Position numbers and translations under genes: made by a program. From the human T2T-CHM13v2.0 reference genome, Homo sapiens, in the NCBI RefSeq assembly GCF_009914755.1, contig NC_060926.1: a stretch of DNA of 64,000 bases, one strand, 5' to 3'. The notes below the pieces were generated by a model, which did no database searches, had not been told where the DNA came from, and saw nothing but the letters and a program-made list of their open reading frames with translations. Below, piece by piece: positions 15,100-29,313 of this stretch (position 1 is its first letter; each line of letters opens with the position of its first letter).

Positions 15100-16000
15100 G
15101 CTAGAAAATGGATGGAGGGTGTTGTTGGGAATAGGCAGTTGGAGATGGGAAGGGTAGGCCAGGGCTTTAATGCCCACTGAGCAGGCATCGGGAACCGCTG
15201 GAGCTTTTGTTGGGGGTAGGGTGGAGGGGGGGGAAGTAATGCAATCACAGGAAGGGTGGGCTGGCCTGGGGAGGGGCTGCCGGCAGGAGGGCAGCTCAGA
15301 GTCTTTACAGAGGTCCAGGGCAGTGAGCAGCAGAGATGAAGGGGAACAATTGGAGAGACAGTCCAAGTTAGAATGACAAGACTTGGTCCCCTGTCAGTTG
15401 TAGAGAGTGAGGGAAAGAGAAGAGGCCAGAATGATCCCCAAGGTTTGTACAATACTCAGGGTGACCGCATGTCCTGGTTTACATCATCCATCATAATTGT
15501 TAAAGGTGTTCCCTTTCACTTTCAAAGGAGCCTTGGTTGATAGGATGTAGGAAACAGGATCAGGGCTGGATTTTGATGAGTCTGTGTGGGATTGAGCTGC
15601 CTGTAGCACGGTGTCAAGGAAGCACTTGGAGATGAGGAGGAAGGCTGGAGCCAGCTGCAGAGATGAGCGTGATCACCGCGTGGGTGCCAACCTGCAGGGG
15701 GAGGAGGAGACTACCCAGAGAACACCAGCTTTCGAGGCATAGGCCAAGGTTCTGAGGAGCGGCTGGAGGAGTAAGTGGAAAACCAGCCGAAAGGGTGCCC
15801 CAGAAGCTGAGGGGCCTCTTAGGAAAAAGACCTGGAAGATGACATTGGGTTTGGTAGTTAGGAGGTCAGCAGTGGCCTTAGCGAAAACAGGGCCAGTGAC
15901 GTGGAAGGCAGGTGGCAGTGGGCCGAATGATTGGAGGGAGTGGAGGCATTGACAGTGGGGGTTTGACGGTTTTGTAAAGAGCTTGTAAGGGAGAGACGGC
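15100..16000 (-). mobile_element. Degenerate L2 LINE fragments
   Basis: GA-rich plus strand with L2-type phrases; boundaries approximate. Confidence 0.5.
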
Positions 16001-17689
16001 CTCAGCACAGGGCCCATCCAACTGTGGGTCTCCAGCCAATTGCACTGATTTTTCCTGCCCATTCTTCCTTCTTTGAAGGGAAAAATGGAAATTGAAGAGG
16101 AAGAAATCAATGACCCATTTGAACCATGACTTGGAGTTTAATTCAGCGCGTATCTGAGTGACTACGTGAGTACTCCTGACCTCCAGGAATGGATAGAATG
16201 GAACATGGAAAATCAAGGTGGATCAAATGAGAATTTGGCCAGTGGACTTACAAAAAAGTATTCAAATGGGCCACACCTACCCAGTCTGGTGCTGTGCATG
16301 CATCACAAATCCTCGGACATGAGATGGAGTTGTCACCTGGTCAGTGATTGGGTTTCAGAGTCTGGATAGGAACTGGGGGCTCAGGAAGGAAGTGGCAAAG
16401 ATGTGGAATTTTCAGGTCATCATCAGGCCTGAACAAGACCTGATCACCACCCAGTCTCGGTCCTCAAACAGCTGCTTGTGAAAGTTAAGTTCTGTAACCA
16501 ACTTCATGCACAGGCTATGCCTAGAATTGGCGTTCTACTAGGTCAGTCAGGAAATGACAGGGGATTTGAGAAATGTTTTTAGAGCCTTTGTGCTCTGAAA
16601 TGTACCCTCCTCCCTAACCCAACTAGCCTAGCCTGGATGCTTGAAATTCCATAAAGACCAAGCCCTGGATTTGATTGGAGAGTTGGGGGAATGTGTTGCA
16701 GCCCCTCTCCCAACCCAGAAAGAAGGCATGTAATGTGCTAACGCCGTTAGGAGTGTTTATGGCATATGGGTTATGATATTGAATTTGTCCAATAAACCAT
16801 CAGGAAACTTGTGTGGGCATTTCCTGTCTCACTTTGTGATGGCTAATTTATGAGGGCTGCTGTCAGGTTATAGATTCTCCATTTTTACCAGAAACTTCCA
16901 CCTTGAGCCTTATAATGGATCCACTGGAATGAAGATATGTATTCTAGGCAAGGATTTAGGTAGGGGAGAACCATGAACCTGGCACACAGTAGCACTAAAC
17001 AGTGTTTAATGGGTAAGTGGGTGGATGCTTGCTCTGGGCTGTGAAAGAAGAGTGTAAAAGAGACAGGACCATAGATCCAGGAAGGTCATCTTTGAAAGAG
17101 AAGCCCAAACAATGGGTAGAAACTACAGAAAGTTATGGAGGGGTAGGTGTGAGCATTTGGGGACCACTCTGATCTCACATTAATATTACCTGGGAGCTTA
17201 AAAAAAAAAAAAAGTAGATGCTTAAGCCCCACCCTGGAAGAGTTAAATCATAATGGGGAACGCAGACAGGAATCAGTGTTTTTAAAGCTCCTCCCAGCAG
17301 CCCTGGTGCCAGTGAGATCTGAGAACTAGCAGACTGGGTTGTCTCCTCTGGTTGAATTGGCGCCCAGACCTTCCCCCAGAGGGGAATCCCTCTGGAAGGG
17401 AAAGAGTGGAGGAGAGTGTCCAGGGCGGGGCTGTAGAGTGGACCCTTCCTCAGCCAAGGAAGGACTCGTGCAGCTGGCAGTCACAGCACTTACTGGCCCC
17501 AGCGTATGTTGCCCAGGAACCATTGAAGGCTTCCAAACGGCTGAGGTCACATTTTTCCAGGCCCTAATGGGAACGGTTGGGAAGGTTGTCAGGGGCAAGA
17601 CCCCATTCAAAATAAAACAGCACTCAGAAGTTCAGAAATGAGAGGCTGAAGATTTGAATATAGACTTTACTGGGTTTTTTTTTTTTGAG

Positions 17690-18280
17690 TGTTTTTATAT
17701 ATTTAATTTTTTTAATTAAAAAGTGATTCCCATTGCATATATTTGCATTTACCTTTTAAAATCAATGTATGTTTAGCCAAAAGAATCAAATAAAAACACC
17801 CATAATCTTGTCTCCCAGAGAGATTAAGTTCAACTCACCTCTTAGTGTATATTCTTCCAGATTTCTCAACACATACATAAAGATACCTGTTTTACAAAAT
17901 TACAAGTAAAAGTAGGATTCAATACATGTTTTTTCTTTTTTTAAGCACTCCCCATTACACAGGTGGAAATACATGTTTCGTATCTTGCTTTTTCACTTAA
18001 CAGTGTAAACACCTTTCTGTTTCTGTAAATAACCACCTACTACATAAATTCAGATATCATAATTGCAGCATAAGGCATTTAATATCTTTCAGCTATTATA
18101 AACAGCTCTTCAGTGAACATCCTTGCAGCTATATTTTGCTTGCATCCTTAATTATTTCCTTAGGATGCATTCCTAGAGACAGTAAGCCTTCAGAAGACTT
18201 GATACATACTTCCAAATTGCACAAGACAGGATTTACTAATTTACTTTCCCACCACCAGGGTATTAAAAAGTGCCTGTGGT
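17690..18280 (-). mobile_element. Old L1M 3' fragment
   Basis: AT-rich, with L1M-like motifs (cttaattatttccttagga, ttactttcccaccacc). Confidence 0.5.
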
Positions 18281-18767
18281 AATTAAAGGGGGAAAAGGCC
18301 ACTGCCAACATGAGAGACTAAAAGTAGTTAACTCATTACTGAGTTCATAACTTCTTTATCTCAAATTCTGCAAACAAATGGGAGTGGAACCCAGAGATTT
18401 TCCTTGACGGCTTGATGCCCAGCCCAGGAGGATCTTTGTTGTCTGGCCCACCAGGTCACCGGCTCCTGGGGTTTTCAGTGCAGCAGGTATCCTTGTCCAG
18501 GGCCTTTGTTTCCCGCTGGTCATTGGTCCAGCATGCTTCCGGTGGGGACTTGGGAACCACCAGGGGGCAGTGTGGAGCTGTTGAGCATGCTCTGCATGCC
18601 TTACGGCTTATCCATATTGAAACTTTCAATAATACAAGTATTCTTTTGTTGTGTTTTATGACTTCTCAGATTGGTATTTATAATATTGATTTGCTTACAT
18701 TAGTATTTCATCCCCTTCCAATTATTTTTATGTTTATGTGTTGTAAAAAAAATAACCTGATCCATCA

Positions 18768-19575
<808 letters not shown>

Positions 19576-20380
19576 AGAGTTGGCTTTTGGGTTTGGGATA
19601 GACTGGGGCAAGTTAGTTAACCTCTTTGTACCTTAATCCCTCCATCTGTTAAATGAGGATAATAATAGCATCAACTTATAAGGCTGTGGGGGTTAAACGA
19701 AATAACACATGGAGTATCTGGCACAAGGTAACGCATCACTAAATGTTTTCTTTAAAGAAATCTGTTTATCCAAGATTTATGCAGACAGTTTCCTGTCCCT
19801 GGCTTTGGCACATACTTATTTGCTTATCTGAAATGATATTAATATCAAACAGAGTATGAATTTCAGAAGTGCTGTATTCCACAGTGGGGCTGAACAGAAG
19901 AATCCCAGCATCAAGGCCCCCAGCTACAAAAGATTAGAATGTTTTTGTTTGTTTTTTAATAATGTATTAACTGTAGGGGAAAATATAAAAATAGAAGCAG
20001 ATATGATATTGGTAAATGTTTTTTATTTGATCACTTTAGGTAAATGGAGTCTTACTCACCTGATAGGGTCCCCAGTGGCAGCGGACTTTCCCATTCCCTC
20101 TATCCATCATTCTCCCAAAAGGTGATGGTTTCTCTGTTCTCACCCTAGGTCAGCTAAATTAGGGTCTGTGGCAACAACCCCAGGAGTGTGACCGCTAATT
20201 GCCTTTGCAGACAACATTTCCACTAGAGCTGCCTGGGAGGCAGCACCTCCAGAGAGAAGGACTTGCACCTCTAATTTGGTTAATCCTAGAACACCCTGCA
20301 ATAGTCATCAAGCACCTCTCACAAATGATATGCTGTGCTTAAGGCCGTGGGGACCCAAAGGGCGAATAAGATTGGATGCC

Positions 20381-20652
20381 TTTTTTTTTTTTTTTTTTTT
20401 TGAGACGGAGTCTCGCTCACGTCACCCAGGCTGGAGTGCAGTGGCACGATTTCGGTTCACTGCAACCTCTGCCTCGTGAGTAGCTGGGATTACAGGCGCC
20501 CGCCACCATGCCCGGCTAGTTTTTGTACTTTTCATAGAGACGGGGTTTCACCATGTTGGCCAGGCTGGTGTCGAACTCCTGACCTCAGGTGACCCACCCT
20601 CCTCGGTTTCCCAAAGTGCTGGGATTACAGGCGTCAGCCACCGTGCCCAGCC
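20381..20652 (-). mobile_element. AluS with an internal ~30-bp deletion
   Basis: Alu consensus; TSD TGGATGCCTTT. Confidence 0.88.
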
Positions 20653-22515
20653 TGGATGCCTTTCTGAAGCGGCAGGTTAAAAAAAAAAAAAAAAGATTGG
20701 ATGCCTATCCCCAAAGAGCTTAGGGGAAGCTAAGCGAGGAAATGAGCCTGGCTGTGAGCTGGAAAGTCAGCGGGCAGCAGGGTGTGTGACCGACCTGGAG
20801 GAACGAGTGTGGGGCAAGGTGAATGTTAGGGAGCCATTGCAAGACAGTGGTAGTTGAGATTGAAAAAACACAGGACTTGATGGGCTAGATGACAAAGTGA
20901 GGAAGAAGGTGGAGGAAAAGATGTCTGAGGTTTTGACCCTGCAGGTACATGAGAAGAGAGAGATGGTAGATCTCGGTGAGAAGCAATTTGGGAAGACAAT
21001 AGTGGTGTGTCCTGGGATGCTCTGACCTTTGAGTCTGTGTGCAGAACCTCTTTCTCCAATTCCTAGGGGTGCCCTCATCCACAACTGGCAGTAGCCCCTG
21101 GATGGCCACAAACATGCAATCCTACAACCATATTCCCTGGATGTCACTTCCTCACATAATCTTTGCCACATACCACCTATACTATTTACATAATTATTTT
21201 TCTTTGAATTGATTCACTTTTTTCCACTTTTTAAAAATGGAGCTTCACTGTAAGCAACAGTATCCAAGATATCAAACTTTGCCTGTAACATGCATGTGTA
21301 ATTGTGTATACGTATATACATGTGTATACACATACATAAAAAATACACATACATATGTATTTATAATTTTGTTTGTTTGGCTATATATACATTTTTGTTT
21401 TGTTGTGTTTTGTAGAGACAGGGTTTCACCATGTTGCCCAGGCTACTGTTGAACTCCTGGGCTCAGGTGAGCCTCCCAAAGTGCTGGGCTTACAGGCGTG
21501 AGCCACCACACCCAGCCAAAAATACTGGCTTAAATACTTAAATATTTTAAATACTTAAATATTTTAAGGCCGATTAATGTAAATATTTTAGGTACTAAAA
21601 AATAGGAGGTGTTGTTTAATAGTATTGAGATGGGAACTTCTCAGCCCTTCCACTGTCCGTCATAACTTCCTGCACCCTCCCTTCAATATGGACATAAAAT
21701 CGTGTTGTTCCCTGAGATATGTAAGCCACATGTGCACCCACATTTGCATACACACTAGTGTAGGGTGCAGGACCCCTTCTTCAGGCTCCTTTATCAGGAG
21801 CAATGGCCCTGTATAGAGGTGGCTGGTGTGACCCTTATTCTCCTGTGTTCTTGTTCACCTGTGGGGTCGGAGAGCTCTCCTGGAACTGCCCGTCTATGGA
21901 GAGGCCTCCTCAGACATTTCCCATCTCCCGGTGCCCAGGAGTTGTTGACTTTGGCCAGCTGCTGGGCCTGCAGGAGCCGCGGGGAAGGGTTCTAAGAGAC
22001 CCTTGAAGCTCTGTGGCTGGAAGGCAGCTCCAGGCTGCCTGGCTGTTCTTTTGTGTTGAGTATTTCACTGGCCCCAGATAAGCGCTTCCTGTTCCTCACT
22101 GATTATACACAGATCCTGCTTCCTTTCTCCTCAATACCTGGGATGCTTTCCAGCTTCTCCTCCCATAGGGGAAAGTCCGTAAACTTTAGAATTCTCAGGC
22201 CTGCTTTTGGTCAATGGACTTTCTGCAAATTATGACTGTTTTTGCCATCTAGTCACATTCTTGGTGAAGCCTTCACCTCTGTCTAGGAGCTGAGTTCCGC
22301 TTTGTGCCAGCCAGGAGAGATGCTTCTATGACCTGGTTTCTGCCCCTCCTTCTCACCAGACAGAACATCTGTATCTACCTCCTGGCGTAAATCAGAGAGA
22401 ATAAATAGATTGCACCTTACAGGTCAGTTTTAATCAACTGTTAGTAGCTGCCTCAGTGTTGAGGATTCTGAGGTCTTACCCACCTTTAGCAAGAAAGAGT
22501 GCCATGGTCTACTAG

Positions 22516-23320
<805 letters not shown>

Positions 23321-24420
23321 CAGTTTCCCATTTTTTAAATGAACATAATAATATCTGCTTTACCTATATCCAGGAGTCAGTAATATCAAATCAGATAATT
23401 CATATGGAATGCTTTAAAAAGTAAAACAACTGTAGAAGTATATCCTGCCTGCAGGACCCAGCACAGATGCCACCTCCTCTATGAAGTTTTCAGTTGTAAC
23501 ACGATAATTCTTGCCCATTGCCATCCCTGTCTTATCTGAACCTGTCATTTATAGGCTTATAGTCTAGTTGTTTATGTACTTTAAAAATCTCTCCTGTGGT
23601 ATATCATGCATATAAACAGCCACCTTTTATATGAGATACTCACTAAACTTTGATGGAGGGCTCTGTACAGAGTTGTCACTGCATCTTGATCATCTGGTAG
23701 GCAGTCCTGTAAGAATGAGTAGCCTCCTGCTAGCTTTAAACAGCACAGTTTTATATTTTAGAAAGATATTTCTAGAGGTAAGTGAAGGGTAGACTGGAAG
23801 AGATGAACTGAGAACAGGAGCACTGATGACTCAATGGAGAGAGGATTTGGGATCCCTTCATTTCTGTCAACTACCCTATTCTTGGACAACAGACATTTTG
23901 TCAATGTGAGGCAAAGCAACCTGCCGATGTGGTTTGCAGCCCACTACCACCCCTTTCAAACCGGGTTGCCCCCCACCCCCGCTGCCTTCCTCCTGGGTGA
24001 GAACCTGCAGGAGCTCAAGCAAACCCAGAAGGCTGCTGCAGGGGCTCCTCCTCGGAATAGGGTTCAAAAAATGTCCAGAAGCCATATAATTGGGTGGCCC
24101 AGAGCAGGTTAGGGAGGTAACTAAAGTCATTAAAGTGGATTTTGAGGTTTCTGGTTAGGTACACTGAAGGCACAGGATTGAAAATAATTCATCTGGGGTT
24201 ACTTTTAATAGCTTTGCTTACTGTTGCTATGATATAAGACATACTGATTGTAAAAATTTCAAGTGAAGAAGAAAAATATGAAAAAGGAACTAATAAAATT
24301 GCCTGAAATGTTAAAAATCCAGCGATAACATTTGGGTGACTATGCTTCTAGATTATTTAATTGGCTTTTCTCACTGAACAGTTTGTCCAGCACACTTTAT
24401 TCAGGTCAATAAATGTGGAT

Positions 24421-24745
24421 GACCGGGCGTGGTAGCTCAAAGCTATAATCCCAAGCACTTTGGGAGGCTAAGGCGAAAGGATCACTTAAGGCCAAGAGTT
24501 TCAGACCAGCCTGGGCAACATAGTGAGACCCTGTCTCTACCAAAAAAAAAAAAAATTAGCCGGGTGGTGTGGTGCTTGCCTGTAGTCCCAGCTATGCAGG
24601 AGGCTGATGTGGGAGGATTGCTTGATTCCATGAAGTCAAGGCTGCAGTGAGCTACAGTCGTGCCACTGCACTCCAGCCTGGCTGACAGGGCAAGACCCTA
24701 TCAATCAATCCATTAACCAGTATATCAATCAATCAATCAATAAAA
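24421..24745 (+). mobile_element. AluJ-like with (TCAA)n tail
   Basis: Alu consensus. Confidence 0.85.
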
Positions 24746-26489
24746 AAATCACCCAAAAGGCATGCAGAACCTGCAGCCACAGGGCAGGAGCGGGGAGAGG
24801 CTTCCCCAGAGCTGCCCATGTCATGTGGCAGTTCAAAAGCCAGTTGCCTTTATTTTCTTCCTAAAGTCATCCATGGCCTTGCAAAGACAGGAGAGTGTCT
24901 ACAGAGACAGTGGAGGGAGTGGAACAGAAGCCAGCCTTCTGGGGGCTGAGAAGTACCTGGGAGGCGGGGAGGGCATGTAAGCAGCCTGTGTACATGCGGG
25001 GAAGGGAAAGGGGGAGAACCAGAAGGGGCAGCTGCCCACCAGCAGCTTCCTGGGCTCTCCTCCCGCCTCCTCCTCACTCACAACAGCGCACAGACTCAGC
25101 CTCAGCTCCTTCTCTCTGGCCTCTTCCACCTGAGTGAAGATCAAGTGCAGGAGAGGTTGCACAGGCTGTGCCAGCTGCAAGGAACCCACAGACCCCTCCT
25201 GTGTTTCACCTGCAGTGACTCCATATTCGTCCTCCCCCATCCCCGCCATCCAGCAGATTATGTGCCCCACTTCCTCTGTGCCACACACATCTTTTTTCCC
25301 TCCTTCAAATCATCACCCATACAGAGGACAATTCGCAGCCTCACTCATTATAAGAGTAATGGAAACTCCAGTGAGGGACTTTTTTACCTGTCAGTTTGGC
25401 AAAGTTTAAACAGTTTGATAACCTTGTATGGGCAAGGGTGTGGGGAAATAAGCCCTCTCCCAGGTTGCTGTTAGCAGTGTCAACTGGGAGAAATTTAATA
25501 ACACTCCTCAGAACTTAAGTGTGCATATCTTTGACCTAGTGATTCCCCTCACAGCTGGAAATGTGTCCTCCCACTATAGACATACATGGGCGACACGGTG
25601 AGTGTTCAAGGGTGTTCACTGCAGCAGAAGCCTGGGAAACACCTCCATGTCTGTGAGCATGGGCCCCTTGAGTCGGTTATGGCACCTCCTGTAACCCAGG
25701 AGGAGGCAGCTCTGTGGGGATGGCTATGGGACCAGCCCTACTATGCCGGCGAATGGAGTGGGGGCAGAGTGGCGTGGGTGGGTATGGGCAGGCCAGAGAA
25801 CAGGCTGCAGGCTGTGAAGGAGAAAGGCATTTGCTCTTTCAGCCCAGTCTGAGCTCCTGGTCAGAGGCCAGCAGGTGGACTCTGCATCCTGTGGGGGCCA
25901 GGGCAGATGTTCTCACCTGAGGGCCTGAGGGGAGGGAAGCGTGTCAGTAGATTCCCAGGCACACAGCGACAGGGGAGAGACAGAGGGAGGGGCCCAGCAG
26001 GGTTCACCTCAGGGAAAGGAGGACTGGGCCTCCAAAGCCAGTTTCCACGAAGACACTTCCTGCAGCACATTGGTGGCTGGGCAGTGAGCATAGACACTGC
26101 ACAGACACTGCCCAGGCCCAGCAAACCCAAGGTCACAGCCGATGGGAGAGGCAGCTTGCGACTCAGCAGGCCCAGCGCTCCAGGCTGCAGAAATGCGGAC
26201 TCGAAAGCAAGTTGAACTTTGACATTGTTTGAAAGCCTAGGGCTCTGTCCCGGGGTCCCCCTGGTCAGGGCCACCACAGAATGGCTGTGCCTAGTGCTCT
26301 GGGAGCAGAGTTTTCCCTCCTCCAGAGCATGCAGCTGTCGGGGGACATACCTAGCCAAGTGTCCGGCTCTCCATCAAGACCTCAAGCAGGCCCACGTCAG
26401 CTGAGAACCATGTGTGTCTCAGCTTTCCAGCCATCCCAGCAAGTCAGGACACATCTGAGACCACCCCTCCAACCCAGCTCTTGCCCACG

Positions 26490-26685
26490 GTCATTGGTGT
26501 GCCTGAGCCAGCTGGCACCCAGCCAATTGGTAGCATCTCTTCCGCGCTGAGCCTTCAGTGACTCATCGTGGTACCTTGAAATCAGCGGGAGTGTTTACAC
26601 CATGAATACCAGCAAATGCTTTGGTTTTTCACTTTGTTTTTTGCTTAGAGAGCCAGTTGTTAGGCATTTACCAACACACCACCGA
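26490..26685 (+). mobile_element. MER63-like hAT DNA transposon
   Basis: Reverse-complement similarity to 2005-2195; end GAGAGCCAGTTGTTAGGCATTTACCAACACACCAC. Confidence 0.6.
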
Positions 26686-27545
26686 ACCAGACCTGTCTCC
26701 CCAGGTAAAGCGCAGGTCACAGGCTCCTAGAATACCAATAACTTACACATTTAGTGACTGAACACAGATTTCTTACAAGCTCCCCGCATGCCCCACACTC
26801 TGCCTGGTCCTCTCCAGTGTGAGAGGACACTCACACTTGAGTGTGACAGCCACACGTGAGATAATCACTCTGCCAGGCAGTAGGTGTTCTTATTCCTATT
26901 TTACATGTGGAAACCAGAGGTTCTGAAAGGTGATGTACACAGGCACACAGCTTGTAAGTGGGGTTCAGCTAGGACCCCTGATTCCGTATTTGTTGAACAC
27001 CTCAACACGGTCGGCACTCCCACTGCCCTCTGTGTTTAGACAAACAGCTGCATTTGATTTTTCCTTCCAAAGGAGACCATCTAGTCCAGGCCCCTGCTTC
27101 AGGCTGATGAAGTAAAATATTCCCATTTTAAAGATGAGACGATGGAGTCCAGAAAGGTTAGAAAGAGCCTGGAACCCTGATCTCTTGCCTCCTGTGCTCT
27201 AAAACAAAAGCTTGGCTTCTGCGGGGGAGCCAGTTTTTAAAAACAAACCTTAGGTCAAATCTAGGAGGCAAAATTGCCAGGTTCTTTGGAATGCGAGGGG
27301 AAGAGAATAGTTTTGAGATCATCCACAAAAGAAAGAATCATTTGGGGAAAGCAGAGGAAAGAGGTGTTTATGGTGAAACTGACACCTAATTGACACACTC
27401 TTACTTTTGAGTTTACTATTCAGTTATGAAATGCTTTTGGAGCCCCTCTGCTACCAGTGCATGGGCTTTAAAGCCATTTGTTGACTAAATGCTGTGACAG
27501 GTGCTAGAGAGAGCAAAGTCACTTCATTGGTTTAAGACCAGTGTA

Positions 27546-27870
<325 letters not shown>

Positions 27871-28324
27871 CTACCCTCAGGTAAAACAAAAAATGTGTTT
27901 GGGATTTAGTGCCATCCACAAAGTTAATCAAAGGCATAAATGACTCATTCTTAAGAAAGAAGGGATAAGAGTGTAAAACTTCTTTTATACTTTTGCCCCT
28001 GGAACTCTTTGTCTAATCCATCTTGTTTGGGAACAAGTTCTTTACACTTTCGTTTTCTCTTACCGACTGCTGAAAACTAAAAATGTTTTCCCAATTGGGA
28101 AAGCTTTTCTGTCTCCCTATTCCTGAGTTCATTGCTCAGTGTCAGTGTATTTTCAAACTTAGATCCATTTGTGAACTTTAGTACAGAAGATAGAAACAGG
28201 TCTCCAAGAACTGGCCAAGTTGGGCATCCCAGCCTCCATGCTACATTTACGTATTCTCGGCAGACTAAGCCAGTTACTGTGAGAAGCAGGCGTTGCCCAT
28301 GAGTGAAATGGGCTCCTGTGTGGC

Positions 28325-28555
28325 GGCTTCCCACCACAGTGACAATGACATTATTCAAAATGCTCTCCTTGTCCTCTTAGAAGCTCTATGTAACAGGAAC
28401 CTATACTATAACCGTATTATAAATGAAAAATGTGAAGAAGCGATCCGTGTCTCCCCGTCTCCATTCTGCCACAGTTGCAGTCGTTTCTTTCCTGGACTAC
28501 GGCAAATCCTACCAGAGTCAGCCTTCTAAACACCAGTCACATCTCTCCCCTGCTC
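28325..28555 (+). repeat. Inverted repeat, left arm (231 bp)
   Basis: Reverse complement of 29083-29313, ungapped, 5 mismatches counted by eye. Confidence 0.95.
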
Positions 28556-29082
28556 TAAAGGCTTCAGGCAGAGGCTGTTCAACCCCTCGTTACAGATGTG
28601 GAAACTGGGCCTAAGCTCACGGCATTAATACAGCATGGGACAGGGTTTCAACACATCATGATTGCCGGGTTCTGGGTGAGGAATTGAGGTGCAGCATGAC
28701 CCTTGAGGAGCTTACCGTCCCAAGGGCAGACAGAGTGTGCAAATGGGGAGGAGTAGCCTGGTGAGTGCTATGGAAACACCGTGTGCCGCTTCTCGAGAGC
28801 GACAGACTCATGGAGGCTTCATGCCAGGGAGGGTGACCTTGGGAGGAAATGGGTTTTGAAGAAGAGGGGTTAAAGTTTCCCACGAGTGAAGGATGCAGTA
28901 AAGGCCGTAGCAGGCCGGGGAGCAGCAGGGCAGCATGGTGCGTTCAGAGTGCAGTGAGGACTCTGTGCAGCTGGGGTGGGGGGCGGTGAGGGTGGAAGCC
29001 AGAAGGATAGGGTGGTGTGGGATTGCTGGTGAGTTTGGGGGCTTTATCTCTTGACCCCAGAAACCAACCAGGGAAGTGTTCT

Positions 29083-29313
29083 GAGCAGGGGAGAGATGTG
29101 ACTGGTGTTTAGAAGGCTGACTCTGGTAGGATTTGCAGTAGTCCAGGCAAGAAACGACTGCAACTGTGGCAGAATGGAGACGGGGAGACACGGATCGCTT
29201 CTTCACATTTTTCATTTATAGTACGGTTATAGTATAGGTTCCTGTTACATAGAGTTTCTAAGAGGACAAGGAGAGCATTTTGAATAATGTTATTGTCACT
29301 GTGGTGGGAAGCC
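29083..29313 (-). repeat. Inverted repeat, right arm (231 bp)
   Basis: Partner of 28325-28555; also visible as near-identical ORF translations on opposite strands. Confidence 0.95.

Noticed and set aside
21287-21567. Alternating purine-pyrimidine stretch and a 17-bp AT-rich tandem duplication
   Set aside because: Ordinary low-complexity sequence near an Alu fragment
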